NCBI GenBank assembly: GCA_013265495.1
Contig: MU058718.1
Coordinates: forward strand, 2,503,779-2,567,778
Reading direction: 5' to 3'
Source of the DNA: Vicugna vicugna
Lineage: Eukaryota
DNA: 64,000 nt
The notes under the pieces were generated by a model. That model saw only the letters and a list, made by a program, of their open reading frames with translations. It had not been told where the DNA came from and searched no databases. The position numbers and the translations under genes were made by a program. Shown one piece after another: positions 1 through 13,468 of the stretch. Each line of letters starts with the position of its first letter. Position 1 is the stretch's first letter.

Positions 1-1130
1 TTGTATTACTGCTTATCAGTCTGGAGGTTCCTGCTTTTTTCTTTCTGCTCAAGGACCCGTGTTGTTCACAAGATGTATGGTTTCCTGCCATTTGGCCCAG
101 GCCCCTCTTTCTCTGCTCCTATTTAGCTATCTGCCTACTTTAACAGTTGGGTTTCTAGGCCCAGAGAATTCAGGGGGGGTTAGACTCCTATTTAACCCTA
201 TTTGAGCATCTCATACCATGAAGGAGGCTTTCATTCTAAGTCACCATGACCATGGGCTCTACCCAAATCTTTTCGACTGTAGCCATCCCTCTCCTTGTGG
301 GCTCTAAAAAAGGTGCATGTACAAGGAAAAAGAGCAAGAAAAAGAAAGTCACACTAATTGCTGTTGTGGCTTAGCCTCTAACTCTAGTCCCTATCTTAGA
401 GAACTCTGTTAAGGTGGGCTGCTTTGTGATTTGCGTAAGCTATTAGGTGATATGGCCTCAGACTAAGGAAGCTTTGAGCACAGAAGTCTTTCACCCATTA
501 CTTCCTCCTCTACCATCTCCCATAACACCTGGGGCATCTTGAATCTTTGCTCTTAACACCAGTGTCAACTCTGATTAGAGACTGACCCAGCCACCTGCCA
601 TGCCCTTGCCAGACAACACCACAGGACAGAAGTGGCACGGACGTGCTTACCCCAGCAAGGAGCTGGCAGCAGCCACAGCAGAGGCATAGACCTGGCCCAG
701 CTGTGTAGAAGCATGGGGCAGGAGGAGATGAGTAGATTTCCACCCATGTGGGAACAGACCCTCACATAGGACTCCAGCCAAGAGAAAAGGAGTTGCAAGA
801 AAGAGAGTCGTACCCTTATGGCTTTTAAACCCTGACTGTACCCTTTAGAAAACTTAGTTGGAGCAGTGCCCTGACAACCGATTAAACCAAATCTATATTA
901 AGGCTCCCTAGGGTGCAAGAAAAAAGGGAAAGGAGAAGAGGAGGGCTTTGTGTTCTTCCCCCTGCCCAGCCCAGGTGCATGGAAAGGTATTACCAATCCC
1001 CAGATCCTGGTGAGTCTGGGTCCCAGCTTCGCTCAAGCCAAGACACTTATTGCAATGGTAGAGTTAAATCTTTCATCCAGAAATCTGCCCAGGAAAACTA
1101 GCCCAGAAATCTTTAGATAGAGAAAATAGA
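1..1130. mobile_element. Degraded LTR/ERV-derived sequence (apparent LTR end near 145 plus internal-like sequence), family not assigned
   Basis: The first 145 bp resemble an LTR terminus ending ...ctactttaaCA. The following sequence has ERV-like composition and no recognisable ORF. Weak recall-based call. Confidence 0.35.
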
Positions 1131-1711
1131 ATGTGCTTATCAGGACATGGAGAGAAAAGGTAAATAACGTCAGAAGTTTGAGTTTTAGTTAAACTGTAAT
1201 TATTTAAGCGGTGTAGGAAGTCATTGAACAATTCTTCCATTCTTCTAACTAAATGTTCATGAAATGAATTAGCTATAACATGTTAAATATTCTTACATGT
1301 ATAAATTACTCATCATAAAATCACATCCAGGTAGCTAAAATCAGTCTTAAAATATTAAAAAATGACCCCTTCATGTCATCTCGGGATCATGTTTAAAAAC
1401 TTGAATAGTTCTACTAGTTAATCTCAAGTCCAGTAGGATTTAGACCACAACATTCAAAATTCTAACTGATGACCTGGTAGTAATTTATAATCCTGTGACT
1501 AGGATAATTAAGTTGTCATGATGTCAAGAAATGATACAAAATAGTATAAATAGTATAAATGAAATGAAAAATTCATGGTTATTATAGAAATCTTAAAATG
1601 ATTTAAAAATAATCCATAAAGAAAAACTTGTTTATCCAACATTTACTAGCATCATTGGTCCTTTTTCCCAATGTCAGAATTCTCCTTCTGTTTGTTTTTG
1701 TGTTTTTTTCC

Positions 1712-1862
1712 AGTTTTTTTTGATAGACTTTACTTTTTTAAGAGCAGTTTTAGGTTCACAGCAAAACTGAGTGAAAGGCACAGATTTCCCACATATCCTT
1801 TTACCACTGCAAATGCGTAGCCTCCCTCAAGATCGACATCCTTCACAAGAGTGGTACATTTA
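1712..1862 (-). mobile_element. Old L1M (L1MB/L1MC-type) 3' end fragment
   Basis: T-tract followed by 'agagcagttttaggttcacagcaaaactgag', typical of a reversed L1M 3' terminus. Confidence 0.7.
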
Positions 1863-2639
1863 TCCCTGTTTTTCTACTGCTTCCCAAGACTATGAATCAA
1901 CAAGGTTTGATCTTTTAAAGCCTTTGCCATCGAGTTGAACCTTCTTCATCCCAGCCTTGTTAATGATCATTGACAGCCTTCATGTCACTTTCCTGTGTTA
2001 ATTGAAGACTTCTTGTACTAAAATGAACATCTTTTAACTCAGCTAATTATGGCCCAGTTGACGAGTTCGAGGAAGCAGTTAGAGAGATTAACTCCAGACT
2101 AGGATTTCCCAAAAGGTAGGGAATGGGCAAAAAAAAATAGGATGTAACCATTAAGTGGATTTGAGCCATTGTCTCCCACTCCCAAAAATGTTTTGGGGTG
2201 GGGCGGAAATGCTGGTATGATTCTTCAGGAAAAAGAGTCATAATGTCAATTAAATTTGTGAGAAACCGTGTACTATTCACCTCTCTTGGAGATTTATAAT
2301 GCACATGGGTACATTAAAGACTGAGAAATCCTCTAATAAAAGAACCTTGTTTAATTTTTCTCTAACCCAGCATTACCTAAATTTGTTTGACCATAGGGGG
2401 CACTTTTTCTTAAGAAATCCCATTCTATTAACATTTATAGAATTTGTGCCCCATGAAAATCATTTGGGAAAGTGCTGGTTGACATTTGGCATCAAGTTTT
2501 CCAAGACGAAGTAACAGACAACAAAACAAAGAGAAGCATACAGCTGGAAAAAGCCTGGAGAAGGAAACCTTAAAGAGATGACGAGATTGAAGTCACAGGA
2601 AAGGGATGAATAGTTGAGTCTAATAAGGACTTTTAATAT

Positions 2640-2810
2640 TCCCAGCAGCCAAATGAGATAGGTATTATTATTCCACACATTTTGCAGATGAGAAAATAGA
2701 AGTTCTGAGAGGTTAAGTAAGTTGTCCAGGGTCACACAGCTGGTTAGTTGCAGAGGTGGGCTTCAAGATCAGGTGTGATTCCATAGCCTGTGTTCTCTCC
2801 ACTGTGCCAT
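2640..2810 (-). mobile_element. MIR SINE
   Basis: MIR core 'cattttgcagatgagaaa...gaggttaagtaagttgtccagggtcacacagct'. Confidence 0.85.
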
Positions 2811-3524
2811 GCTCTTTTTCCAACTCCTGGCAATTTAGTTTTCTAAATATTTCCTCCAAATTTCCTCTTCTTTTCATAATTCCACTGGCATAGTAGCAGA
2901 TGATGAGTCATTTCTAGACATTTTGAATTGAGGTTCACAGAAAACAAGCTCCATTTCTTTTCTCTGGTTCATTGCACATCTCTCCTTTTCTGCCCTGAAT
3001 ACTCTTGGATCTCTTTCTCAACTCCTTGTCTGCCTCCAGGCTCTTGACAAATCTCCAAAGCAAATACTGTATTAAAAAATAACAGTACATCTATGGAAGT
3101 GTTTTTTTATGGAGAAAATATTGACTTAAGAATAAGCTCCAGTAATGCAGGACACTTTTGGTACAGATAAGTATAAAATTTTTTATAACATCTGTTTCCT
3201 GAGTCACATGCATGTTCTGAAGTACATTGAGTAATGAAAACAGTACTATTTCCATAATATGCATGTATGTTTCAACTGAAAATGAGGGTACTGACCTTTC
3301 CTCCAAAATCTCATTCTGTTCAGAGCAAAGTGTTTTCATATGGTTACAACTGTCAATAATGAACAAATATGCAAACAACCTTGATCTATTACTACCAGAT
3401 CCTAGGATTATGTCCTCTCTTCACTTTCTTTACCTATACTGCTTTCTCTTCCACCATAATCTTAATTATTTATTTTTACCTATTTTAAAATATTTGAAGA
3501 AATTTAAAAATCTCTAGAGTATAC

Positions 3525-3852
3525 TGTGAGGTAATAGAAAAAAAATATACATATATAAGTCTCTTCCCCTGGTTCCTGGTGCAAGGCTCCTAAAACCCTT
3601 GTAAGTTTCTAAGTGATAAGACCACTAGGAGCGTCTTTTGTCCTAACCAGGTGACTCTGGCTGGGCTCTGGATGAGGGCTTGTCACCGGAAAGACCAAGC
3701 CATGATTAGAAACTTGGATTTTTTCAGTCTCATTTCCCATATCTTGAGAAGAAAGAAGGGCTGAAAATGGGGCTGATGATACATTGTACCTATGTGATGA
3801 AGCCTCCACAAAATCCAAAAATTATGGTGTCTGGAGAACTTCCAGGCTGGTG
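3525..3852. mobile_element. MER21-type LTR, part 1
   Basis: 'ggttcctggtgcaaggctcctaaaacccttg...ggaaagaccaagccatgattaga...gaacttccaggctggtg' resembles the MER21 LTR consensus. Confidence 0.75.
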
Positions 3853-4562
3853 GTATATATATAAATTTTTTTAACATAAATTTATCCAACAAGACACACA
3901 GGTGAAAAATAGACGTAAAAAAAGCATCCTGGGAGAAATGCAATTAAATCATAATGATTTTATAGTGGGATTTTACAGTCTTCATGAAAGGGATCAGCCT
4001 GCATTCAGTCTTAGCTTTTGAGCTAAGGTTGGTCCAATGTGGGTCGTGAGCAGGGGAAGGCAAGTTCTTACTGATTAACAACCACTATTTGGTGAATTTC
4101 ATTTTTCTGGTTGGGTGGGAGGAGCAGAGGGGCAATGGGTAATGGGGTTAGGAGGAAGACCCTTGGGGACCAGAGCATGTGAGAGCCACAGTGGACATTG
4201 TTAGTCCTCCAGTGTCTCTCACAGTATCCAGTAGAGTGACCTGGTTAACTGGGAAAAGGGGGCAACAGAAACATCCTGAAGCGGGTTTATGAAGAGGATG
4301 GACAGGACCTTGGAAAGGAATCACTACATATGGTGGTGGAGGCCAGTGTCACATTTGGGGTGACATGGATGGCCCTGTCAGAGGTACCTGGTTTGGTGCT
4401 ACAGTCCTTGTGAAGGACTTCAGAAGAGGGAGAGTGTTTGCAGGAAGGAGATGTGCACTGGAGGAGGTGGAGGTGGAGGCCCTGGTGGAGACATACCTTG
4501 GGTGTGGGTAGTTCATGATCAGGACACAGCAGATGTGTCTGGGCAGGAAGGAACCTGGGAGT
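3853..4562 (-). pseudogene. Unidentified insert inside the MER21-type LTR; possibly a 5'-truncated processed pseudogene (Pro-rich remnant plus 3' UTR-like sequence)
   Basis: Non-LTR sequence between the two LTR halves. The minus strand gives GMSPPGPPPPPPPVHISF and WPPPPYVVIPFQGPVHP in broken frames, then U-rich sequence and a terminal A/TA tract near 3855-3872. Confidence 0.45.
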
Positions 4563-4900
4563 CAGCAAATTAATCAAACCTGAGGAGGGGGGTCATTGGA
4601 ACCTCCCATTCATAGCCAAATTAGACAGAAGTTGTGGGTAACCTGGGGACCTACTGCTTGCAACTGGCATCTGAAGTATGGTGGGAGGGGCAGCCTGTGA
4701 GCCCGAGCCACTAACCTGTGGGGTCTGATGCTAAGTCCAAGCAGATAATGTCAGGATTGAGTTAGATTGTAGAACACATAGCTGGTATTGTGGAGAATTA
4801 CTTAGTGTGGGGAAAACCTCCACACAGGTGGTGACCAGAAGTGAAATGTTCTGTGTGGCTTGTAAGGGAGACAGGAAAGAAACACAGTAGGAAGAACTGG
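4563..4900. mobile_element. MER21-type LTR, part 2
   Basis: 'gcaaattaatcaaacctgaggaggggg...ggcatctgaagt...ctaacctgtggggtctgatgctaa...gtcaggattgagtt' continues the same consensus. Confidence 0.75.
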
Positions 4901-6269
4901 GTTTTTCCCTACAGAAGAAGGTAGACAACTGAGGGTTTTTCATTGTATATACCATAAGAGAATTTCGGGATGAACTTAAAATTTTCCATTCCTCTTTGTT
5001 AGCATCAGTTTATGTATCATCATTAGCAAAGTTTTGTCGGTTTCTTTTTGTGATATTCAAATATTCATAAATGAGCATAAAAGTACAGACAATGGGATGT
5101 CCAGTTAGCAGAGTTGTCTTAAATAAAGTACACCATCTTTTATATACTAATAAGACTCTGATTCATAGTAGCTCACAAGACCAGAAATATGAAAGAATAA
5201 CTTAATTTGCTGGTTAGAGTCCAAAACAGAAAAATCTTTCTGATGAACGTATACCTGACTCAGCAAAGCACAGTGACTTAACGCCAATGAGAGACTTGCA
5301 GCTCAAGTGCTTTGCCAGTTCTGTGGGGGAGGAATATACCACCTTTCCCTTTGCAAAATGTATGATCTAGCTGGGAAGACAGAACTAGAACACAAGGAAC
5401 ATGAGAGAATCATGCAAGGGAGTATGCGATGCAGTGTTAACTCTGTGGAATATACAGAATTGTCCTGACACAAAACTTTGACATTTGCTTTTGACATCTT
5501 CCAAGTCCTTATTTCTATGCTCCTGACCTTCTCCCTGGGTCTTCCTCTGACTTCCCAGGAACCCGGGGTATACACTCCCCTTCACACTACATCTGACCTC
5601 AAGTATCTAATTATTGAATTAAAGACGCTACAAATTGTAAAATATACCATTATTTTTGTACCACTATGAAAACATGATGTCAGTTAAATTATATCACAAT
5701 GCTTTCTTATCATTTAAAATGTTTAAATCACTTAGAATTGGAGTTAGATATGCTTTTTACACATAATACTTTTGTATACACAAAAAGGAAAATAAAGTCA
5801 ATGGTTAAATCATTATAATTATCTCAAGCCTTCACAACTTCCAATAAAATATTTATTCAGCTCATTTTTATTGAAGTTACAAATGATTAGTCTCAGATTC
5901 TATTATTTTAAGTCAACACATTTCTTGTTGTTCAATTTTAAGTCAGCACATTTATGTATTTATTGAATATCACTATATATCCTGCACTACAGAGGATCAG
6001 AGAAGAAGTTCAGATAAAGTTAAAGAGGACAAGATTTGAACTAGACCCTGCAGGATGGATGAGATGATACTTTTAGTGGGTGGGATGCCAAGAGGTAGAA
6101 AAGACAGAAAGTTAAAAAATAAACCTATGTGCTGCGACTGATTGTTCAGTTGCAAATGAGATATTACAAGTACCAGCCTGATATCAGAAACAGACAATTC
6201 ACACAAAAATAAATAAAACCAAAAACATATGAACACAGAGTTACCCACGAAAACTACCTATTCTTCTGT

Positions 6270-6418
6270 TGTATGTCTCAGGGAACTATATTTAGTACCT
6301 TGTAATAAGCTATAATAGAAAAGAATTTGAAAAAGATTGTGTATGTATAACTGAATCACTTTGCTATACACCTGAAACTAATAGCATTGTAAATCAACTA
6401 CACTTCAATTAAAAAAAA
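6270..6418 (+). mobile_element. Short L1 3' terminal fragment
   Basis: 'cagggaactatatttagtaccttgtaata...ctgaatcactttgctatacacctgaaact...cttcaattaaaaaaaa'. Confidence 0.8.
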
Positions 6419-6499
6419 TGCCTACTCTTCAACCAAAATATCCAAACTAAAATAAAGTTCCTAATCACAAGCAATCTAAAAACAAATAAAAGAATAAAA

Positions 6500-7015
6500 G
6501 CTATAGAATGGAATATTATACGGATACATAAAAGTGGAAACTATAGTATCAAATAAAAAAGTGGGATACAAATGACCTGCAGGGGGAACTGGTATAGAGT
6601 AAAAGAAATTTTAAAGAACTTGTCAACAAGATGCAAGGCTCAGACCTTGTTTGGATCCTGATTCAGACAAACTAACTGTAAAAAGACACCTATGAGACAA
6701 CTGGGAAATTTGAACACTGAACGGATATTAGACAATATTGAGTATAATAAATATTAAGGAAGTTAAGAATTTGTTTTAATATGTTTACTTTTAGGGGAAA
6801 TAGCATTGTGGTTATAATAAACAAACGAGAGCCCGTATCGTAACAGAGATACACGCTGATGTGTTAATAGAAGAAATGAGATAATATCTGAGATTTGCTT
6901 AAAATAATCTAGTGGGATGTGGAGAGTGTGAAGCCAGTTTTTGCATAACATGGGGGTTTTCTATACTGCTTTCTTTCTTTTTTTTAATATGTTTGACATT
7001 TTCAATACAAAAAGG
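6500..7015 (+). mobile_element. Old L1ME-type 3' UTR
   Basis: 'gaccttgtttggatcctgattcagacaaactaactgtaaaaagaca...gagatttgcttaaaata'. Confidence 0.75.
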
Positions 7016-7409
7016 TGTTGAAGACAGACAAAATACTGATCCCATTCACTCCTTTTGACTCCTTCTTCTTCTTAGGTGCACCCCATGTGTAAGGTTCTGC
7101 CCTGGGGCTGGGCACACCACCAAGATAAAGACTCTTGGCATATTCCTTTCTCTTATGTATCTCACACTTATTTTTGGTAGAGGGAGAAGAATATGGCTAA
7201 ATTAAGTAATAAAAGCAGAGATAAAAATAAGGTGCTAGAGAGACATAGACTAAGCAAGTAATGATGAAGGAGAATGCCTTATGTGGGGTTGGAAAATGTT
7301 TTATAAGAGAGAGAACATTTGAACTGGGCCATGAAAGAGCAATAGTATTTGAACAGTTAAATTCTGTTTTGAGACAGTTGAGGGGCCATCCCAGGGATTT
7401 TCTTTTTCT

Positions 7410-8175
7410 TTTTTTTTTTCATTACATACAATAAAATTCATTTTTTATGTCAGTTCTATGAATCTTGACAAATGTGTAAAGTTATGCAACCACCATAGCA
7501 ATGAAGATACAGAATAGTTTAACCATCTCAAAAAAAAAAATTCCCCCATGCTACTCCTCTGTAGTCAAGTCATTCTCAACATTTTATCACTGACTAGCAC
7601 TGATCTATTCACATCAAAATTGGTTTGCCTTCTTTTTAATGGTATACAAATGGATTCATCCAATATGTAGCCTTTTGGGTCTGGCTTCTTTCACTTAGCA
7701 CTGAGATGCATTGCTACTGTTGAGAATATCAATAATTCATTCCTTTTTATCACTGAATAATATTCCATTACATGGATGTACCACAGTTTGTTTATCTGTT
7801 CTCCAGGTGATGGACACTAGGTTGTTTCCAGTTTGGGGCCATTATGAACAAAGTGCTATGAACATTCATTTGCAAGTTTTTGTTTGAACATAGGTTTTCA
7901 TTTGACTTGGGTAGATATCTAGGAGTGGAACTGCTAGGTTGTGTTTCAAGTATATGTTTAACGTCAAAAGAAACGGCCAAACTGTTTTCCACAGTGGCTG
8001 TACTATTTTTCATTCTAAATATCTACATATGAGAGTTACTTGGCCTCTTTGCCAGCTCTTGGGATAGCACTTTTTTCTATTTTGTCTTGTTTATCTTAGT
8101 CAGTCTGATAGGCGAGTAGTGATATCTCTTTCTGGTTTTAATTTGCATTTCCCTAAGGATGAATGATGTAGAGCC
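7410..8175 (-). mobile_element. L1MB-type 3' fragment with ORF2 C-terminal remnant
   Basis: ORF 7792-8013 contains ATVENSLAV and TLFIMAPNWKQP, which resemble the L1 ORF2 C-terminus; T-tail at ~7410. Confidence 0.85.
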
Positions 8176-8569
8176 AGGCTGATTGCTAATATTATGACCA
8201 TTTTTCTCTTGCTAGTTTCAGAAGTTTACACTAGCTATTTCACAAGCCTACAACTACACTCCATTCCCCATCTAGGCACCTAATTCTCCAAGAACATAGA
8301 GGAACTTCAAGTATGAAGTCCATAACTTTCCTCCCTTATACTTCTAAACTTTAAAAAACTTTTTTTTTTGGTCCCCAAATCTCCTTTTTCAGAGAGGGTA
8401 TATCTCTTCTTCCCAAGGCCAGGGTGTTCCCCTGTATGCCCAGGCCCTTCCCAGTTCCCATCTTGAAGGATCTCAGTATTAACAACTTTTTTCTTTCTGT
8501 CAGTCGCTCTGCTCTCTGCTGGCTCCTTTACTGTGGCCCACTCCCTCTGGGCCAAGCCTTTTTTGTCTT

Positions 8570-8745
8570 TATATCAGTCATTTCCAAACGTTTGCATTCA
8601 CCAGAACCACCTAGAAAACTTATTAAAACATGTCTGGGCCCCACCACTCGAATGTGGGGTAAGGCTGAGAATGTGCATCTTCAGCAAGTTGGCAGGGGAT
8701 GCTGATGCTGCTGGTCAGGGACCACACTCAGGGAAACCCTGCTCT
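8570..8745. mobile_element. MER5-type hAT-Charlie MITE
   Basis: 'ccagaaccacctagaaaacttattaaaaca...gatgctgatgctgctggtcagggaccacact'. Confidence 0.75.
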
Positions 8746-10459
8746 ACAGTGAGTAAGGAGGTGTGAGTTTCAGGACACCCAAAAACAATCAGAGGGTTGC
8801 CCTGGTGTCCCTTTTGTCTCTCAAAGAAGTGCCATCTTAAGTCCTCTGCTAGCAAGATGATAATATTTTGACTGTCTTGAAAGAAGAGATAGGTACAGAT
8901 GACTTTGCTGCAACACAAACTCTGAGAGTGACAGTAAGTGTGGAGGCCCTCTGACATTTTCTGTTTCCTCCCAGGGCCACATCAAATCATGACTCCAAGT
9001 CATCTGAGGCTGACTCGGTAGTCAGCTTCTCTAAAGTACCATAAATCAGGAAAAAGCAGCACATCTTACAAGCACTTCCCAAGCACTTAGTCTTCTCTCT
9101 TCATTACAATATGTATAATTTGTCTTCCAGGAAAGATACACACAGATCTGTGTGTGGTTTACTTTAAAAAAAAAATCAATGGTTACAATTTGCTCATCTC
9201 ATTTGTTTTCCTAAAAAAACAGAAAATAATTCATTTCATTGTGAATATTAAGGAAGCGTCCAGCCTATAAAGAGATATTTAGGCAAGGGTCTCCCAAATA
9301 AATGTGCTCAGAATTTAGAAGGCATTTTTTCCAATACGAAGGGGAAAACCACTTTATACCTAGAATGTCTTTACTGATGTTTTTATCTTGTAAATGCCCT
9401 AGGCATTTTTTCTAGGGAAAAATATTATCCATTAATTCTATAATTAATCTAGATAAGATGAGTCCCTTTCCTGGGAATAATTTTTTATTTTCAGTGAGAA
9501 ATAAACATCACTGGCTGCATCCACATAGGACCACTAACTGAGAAGGTACTGGGAGGTTTCTGAGATTTGGGATCAGGACAGATTTTATGATTTGCCTTGC
9601 CAATCTGGGAACTATTAGTGAATCATCTTACTCATTACTGACATCAGCATATTAATTTATATTTTTTAAAAAATCTGTACTTAGTAAAGGCTGAACTCCT
9701 GTCATACTCAGAAAAAAGCATAACTGACTGAGTTATGGGCTAATAAAGGTTGAGTTATGGGAATGCAGGACTTACTGAGGTTACTCTGGTATTGATCCCA
9801 CTGGGAGGGGAGTCCTGTGTGTCCCCAGAAGGCTACTTGGTATCATGACCTAGGTAAGGTTGGTTCAAGGAACATTTGGCTGAAAGCCAACCTGGCAGTG
9901 CTAAGAGTATTAATATCCAAGACCAGTAATTATAGACCAAGTCATTTGTCCTGTAAAATCGCCCACTTTCTGAATTTGTGATTATGGTTCGTAGGTGGTG
10001 CTATATGTACTTCCTGTGACATCACCCCAGGAAGCAATTACGCCTGGTTGTCTTCCTCATTGCGTTGTTAAGATTAGATTAATTCACCCATTATAATGTT
10101 CTTCATCAATTTTTCACCTAATAACTTTAGCAGGGAAGATACATTATACCATTATGGGTTATTAGTGAGTGGTAATTTAATTGTATCATTCCTTCTTCCT
10201 GTGTCAGCTGGAATTCCATTCATATTGGAAAAGCAAAATAAGTGCTTGCTTCTATCCTTTTATTTACCATTTTTCCTATTAATGAACTAGCATCCTACTA
10301 TTCTCCAAAGGTGACCCTTGATTTAAAAAATATGTATTATGGACTTGTGGAGTCTAACATGATATATTTCAAACCTCGCATTCTTTTTTTCCCATTTATT
10401 ACAGTGTTTTAATAATATAAACTTTGATATATCTATTATATATTGTCCTTTGATGCTAT

Positions 10460-11105
10460 TTTTTAAACATTTTTTATTGATTTATAATCATTTTACAATG
10501 TTGTGTCAAATTCCAGTGTACAGCACAATTTTTCAGTTGTACATGAACATATATATATATATTCATTGTCACATTTTTTTCTCTATGAGCTACCATAAGA
10601 TCTTGTATATATTTCCCTGTACTATACAGTATAATCTTGTTTATCTATTCTACATTTTAAAATCCCAGTCTATCCCTTCCCACCCCCAGCCCCCTTGGCA
10701 ACCACAAGTTTGTATTCTATGTCTATGAGTCTATTTCTGTTTTGTTTGTTTGTTTGTTTTTAATTTTAGATTCCACATATGAGCGATCTCATGTGGTATT
10801 TTTCTTTCTCTTTCTGGCTTACTTCACTTAGAATGACATTCTCCAGGAGCATCCATGTTGCTGCAAATGGCGTTATGTTGTTGGTTTTTATAGCTGAATA
10901 GTATTCTATTGTATAAATATACCACAGCTTCTTCATCCAGTCATCTGTTGATGGACATTTAGGCTGTTTCCATGTCTTGGCTATTGTAAATAGTGCTGCT
11001 ATGAACATTGGGGTGCAGGTGTCATTTTGGAGTAGGGTTCCTTCTGGATAGATGCCCAGGAGCAGGATTCCTGGGTCATAGGGTAAGTCTATTCCTAGTC
11101 TTTTG
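10460..11105 (-). mobile_element. Young lineage-specific L1, 5'-truncated (ORF2 C-terminus plus 3' UTR), nested in an older L1M
   Basis: The ORF2 C-terminus is open ([14 protein letters not shown]...[27 protein letters not shown]...LSEVSQKEKEKYHMRSLICGI, ORF 10766-11137). The 3' end is near-identical to 61678-61777. Confidence 0.95.
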
Positions 11106-11614
11106 TATTTTCGATGTTTTACTTGGCCCATCTTCAATCAGTAGGAAGCTTTTCAATTTGTCTCTAACAGTCTTTGATCGTTTCCTTTCTCGTGAAGTGG
11201 CAAGATGGTCCAGGTTTACCTTGTGCATTTCCTGCTTTGGGACTGGGGTCTGCCATCTAGGAGCCCTGGTTCCTTAGTGAAACATGGTACTGATAGTCGT
11301 TTTCATTTCCACAGCTCGACCATTGCTTCTAGTCCTTTTCAGTGGACAGTGATGAAGAAAGCATCATGACCTCATATCCCATTTTTAAATGAGGGAAAAA
11401 AAGCATGATTCAACCAACTTATGGGCCTTAGATGCTGCTGGGTGGAATCAGTGTTTAAGATGTAGTGCTCACTAAAGAATACATTTGGGCATTTGGAACG
11501 AAATCAGAGACCAGCAAAAATCACAGAATGAGTGGAAAGAGATCCCGTCAAATAAAGTACAGAAAATTTATGGGTACTGAATATACCATTGTTAAACAAG
11601 AAGTAGAAAGTTAG

Positions 11615-11735
11615 TAACCTGTAGTGACAAAGAATATGAAAACAAGCATACATGTACATGTCTGACTAAAACATTACACTGTACACCAGAAATTGACACA
11701 ACAGTGTAAACTGACTAGACTTCAGTTAAAAAAAA
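11615..11735 (+). mobile_element. Short L1 3' tail insertion
   Basis: L1 terminal sequence with A-tail; TSD 'agaaagttag' at 11605-11614 and 11736-11745. Confidence 0.8.
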
Positions 11736-13104
11736 AGAAAGTTAGAAAAATTAAACAGACGTTTAGCACAGTGCTCAGCCCGTGATAAGTGATTCCTTAA
11801 CATTTTGGGGGGGAAACTCACATATTAATTGAGAGTGAGACACATTCTCCAAGTAAATATAATCTTTGTGAGTGATTGTGAATTCTTTCCTTGTTTTTCT
11901 TGTTAACAAGATCCAGGTTGGAACTCTTTAACACCTTGATCCCCTGTAGAGCTTTCAAGTGAAACGTGAACCCCACCTTGTGCAGGTGTTTGGTATCTGA
12001 GCGTGTATAGCACGAGAAGCAGTGCCTTTTTAATTTCCTGAGAAATTATAACTCCAGGTAGTTTCAACCAAAATATCAAACACGTTTAATGAAAATGTGT
12101 GTGTGTGCAAATATTACCTTTGATGATCTATATTATAGCTCATATTTTACATTAGACTTTACTTAAAAATATTTTTTCCTCCCAAATGAGTGAAAGGTAC
12201 AGTATCAAAACCAAAGTTTACTGGTTAGTGACTCAACATGCAATCTACTGTTTCATCAGTCTAGAAATTACTCATGACATTAAAGGTTCTTTCTCTTCTG
12301 ACATTTGACACGGAAATTGAAAAAGGATATTGAACCAGTTTCAACAACTTTGAAACCACAAATTCTCTGCTAAAAATTTATTTTCCTTATATAGAGGTTG
12401 CCTGAAGAAAGATGACACTCTTGTTCAAGTTAGAAAATTTCTAATAAAGGAAATTTGGGGGGATTTTTAAATGTGATTATAAAATCTAGGTATGAATTAA
12501 TTCACTGATTGAAAGAGAATTCTTGGGACTATCCAAATTTCTCAGAGCATCATAAAATGAATTTTCAAATTCATTCCCACATGGTCTCCTGAGCAGAGAA
12601 TCAATGTGTTTCAGAGATACCTGTAAACAAAACTTTCACAATGTGAAAGTGACTTTTATCCTCAAAAGCTTAATTTATTTATCAAGGAACGTGGGGGTAT
12701 TCCCAAGGTCAAATAAAAATCACAGAAAATTTCCAAAATCAATAATTCTAACTCTTTGAAAGGAGACGTTTGCTTTCAAGTGCCAAATATTTCTTATAAT
12801 AAACGAACATTATGACATGTGCAAAAATATAAAGCTTAATAAAGGACACCACCACATCAAATATATGCTTATAAAAGGAAAATATTTTGTACACTTGGGC
12901 TCTGCCTGGCTAGAAAACATAAATTCAGAACTAGACTGGTGAGCTTAACTGAATATCCTTCTTAGATACGCCACGGTGCTGAGTCCATTAGACTGAAGTT
13001 AACCACCCCAGCAGTGAAGGAAAACTGGCAGTACAAAGAGCTAGCACAAGCCCTCATACATGTATTGGCTAGTTAACTTCTCAGTTTTTTTCCTAACTAC
13101 TTAT

Positions 13105-13468
13105 TTGTTTTAAATGTTTTTATTGAAGTATAGTCAGTTTACAATGTTGTGTCAGTTCCTGGTGTACAGCATCCAATGATTCAGTCATACATATTCATAT
13201 ATATATTTGTTTTCATATTCTCTTTCATTACAGTTACTATAAGATATTGTATATAGGTCCCTGTGCTATACAGTATAAACTTGTTGTTTATCTATTTTGT
13301 ATATAGTAGTGTGTATCTGCAAATCTCGAACTCCCAATTTATCCCTTTCCCTACCGTATTCCCCCTGGTAACCATCAGTTTGTTTCTTATGTCTGTCAGT
13401 CTGTTTCTGTTTTGTAAATGAGTTCATTTGTGTCTTTTTTTTTCAGATTCCACATATGAATGATATCA
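13105..13468 (-). mobile_element. L1 3' UTR fragment
   Basis: 'tttttattgaagtatagtcagtttacaatgttgtg...agattccacatatga'; flanked by an imperfect 'ctaactac.tattt' repeat. Confidence 0.9.

Noticed and set aside
5256..5265. ARE/AP-1 motif TGACTCAGCA (similar motifs at 53571 and 59216)
   Set aside because: Isolated short motifs are expected by chance in 64 kb.
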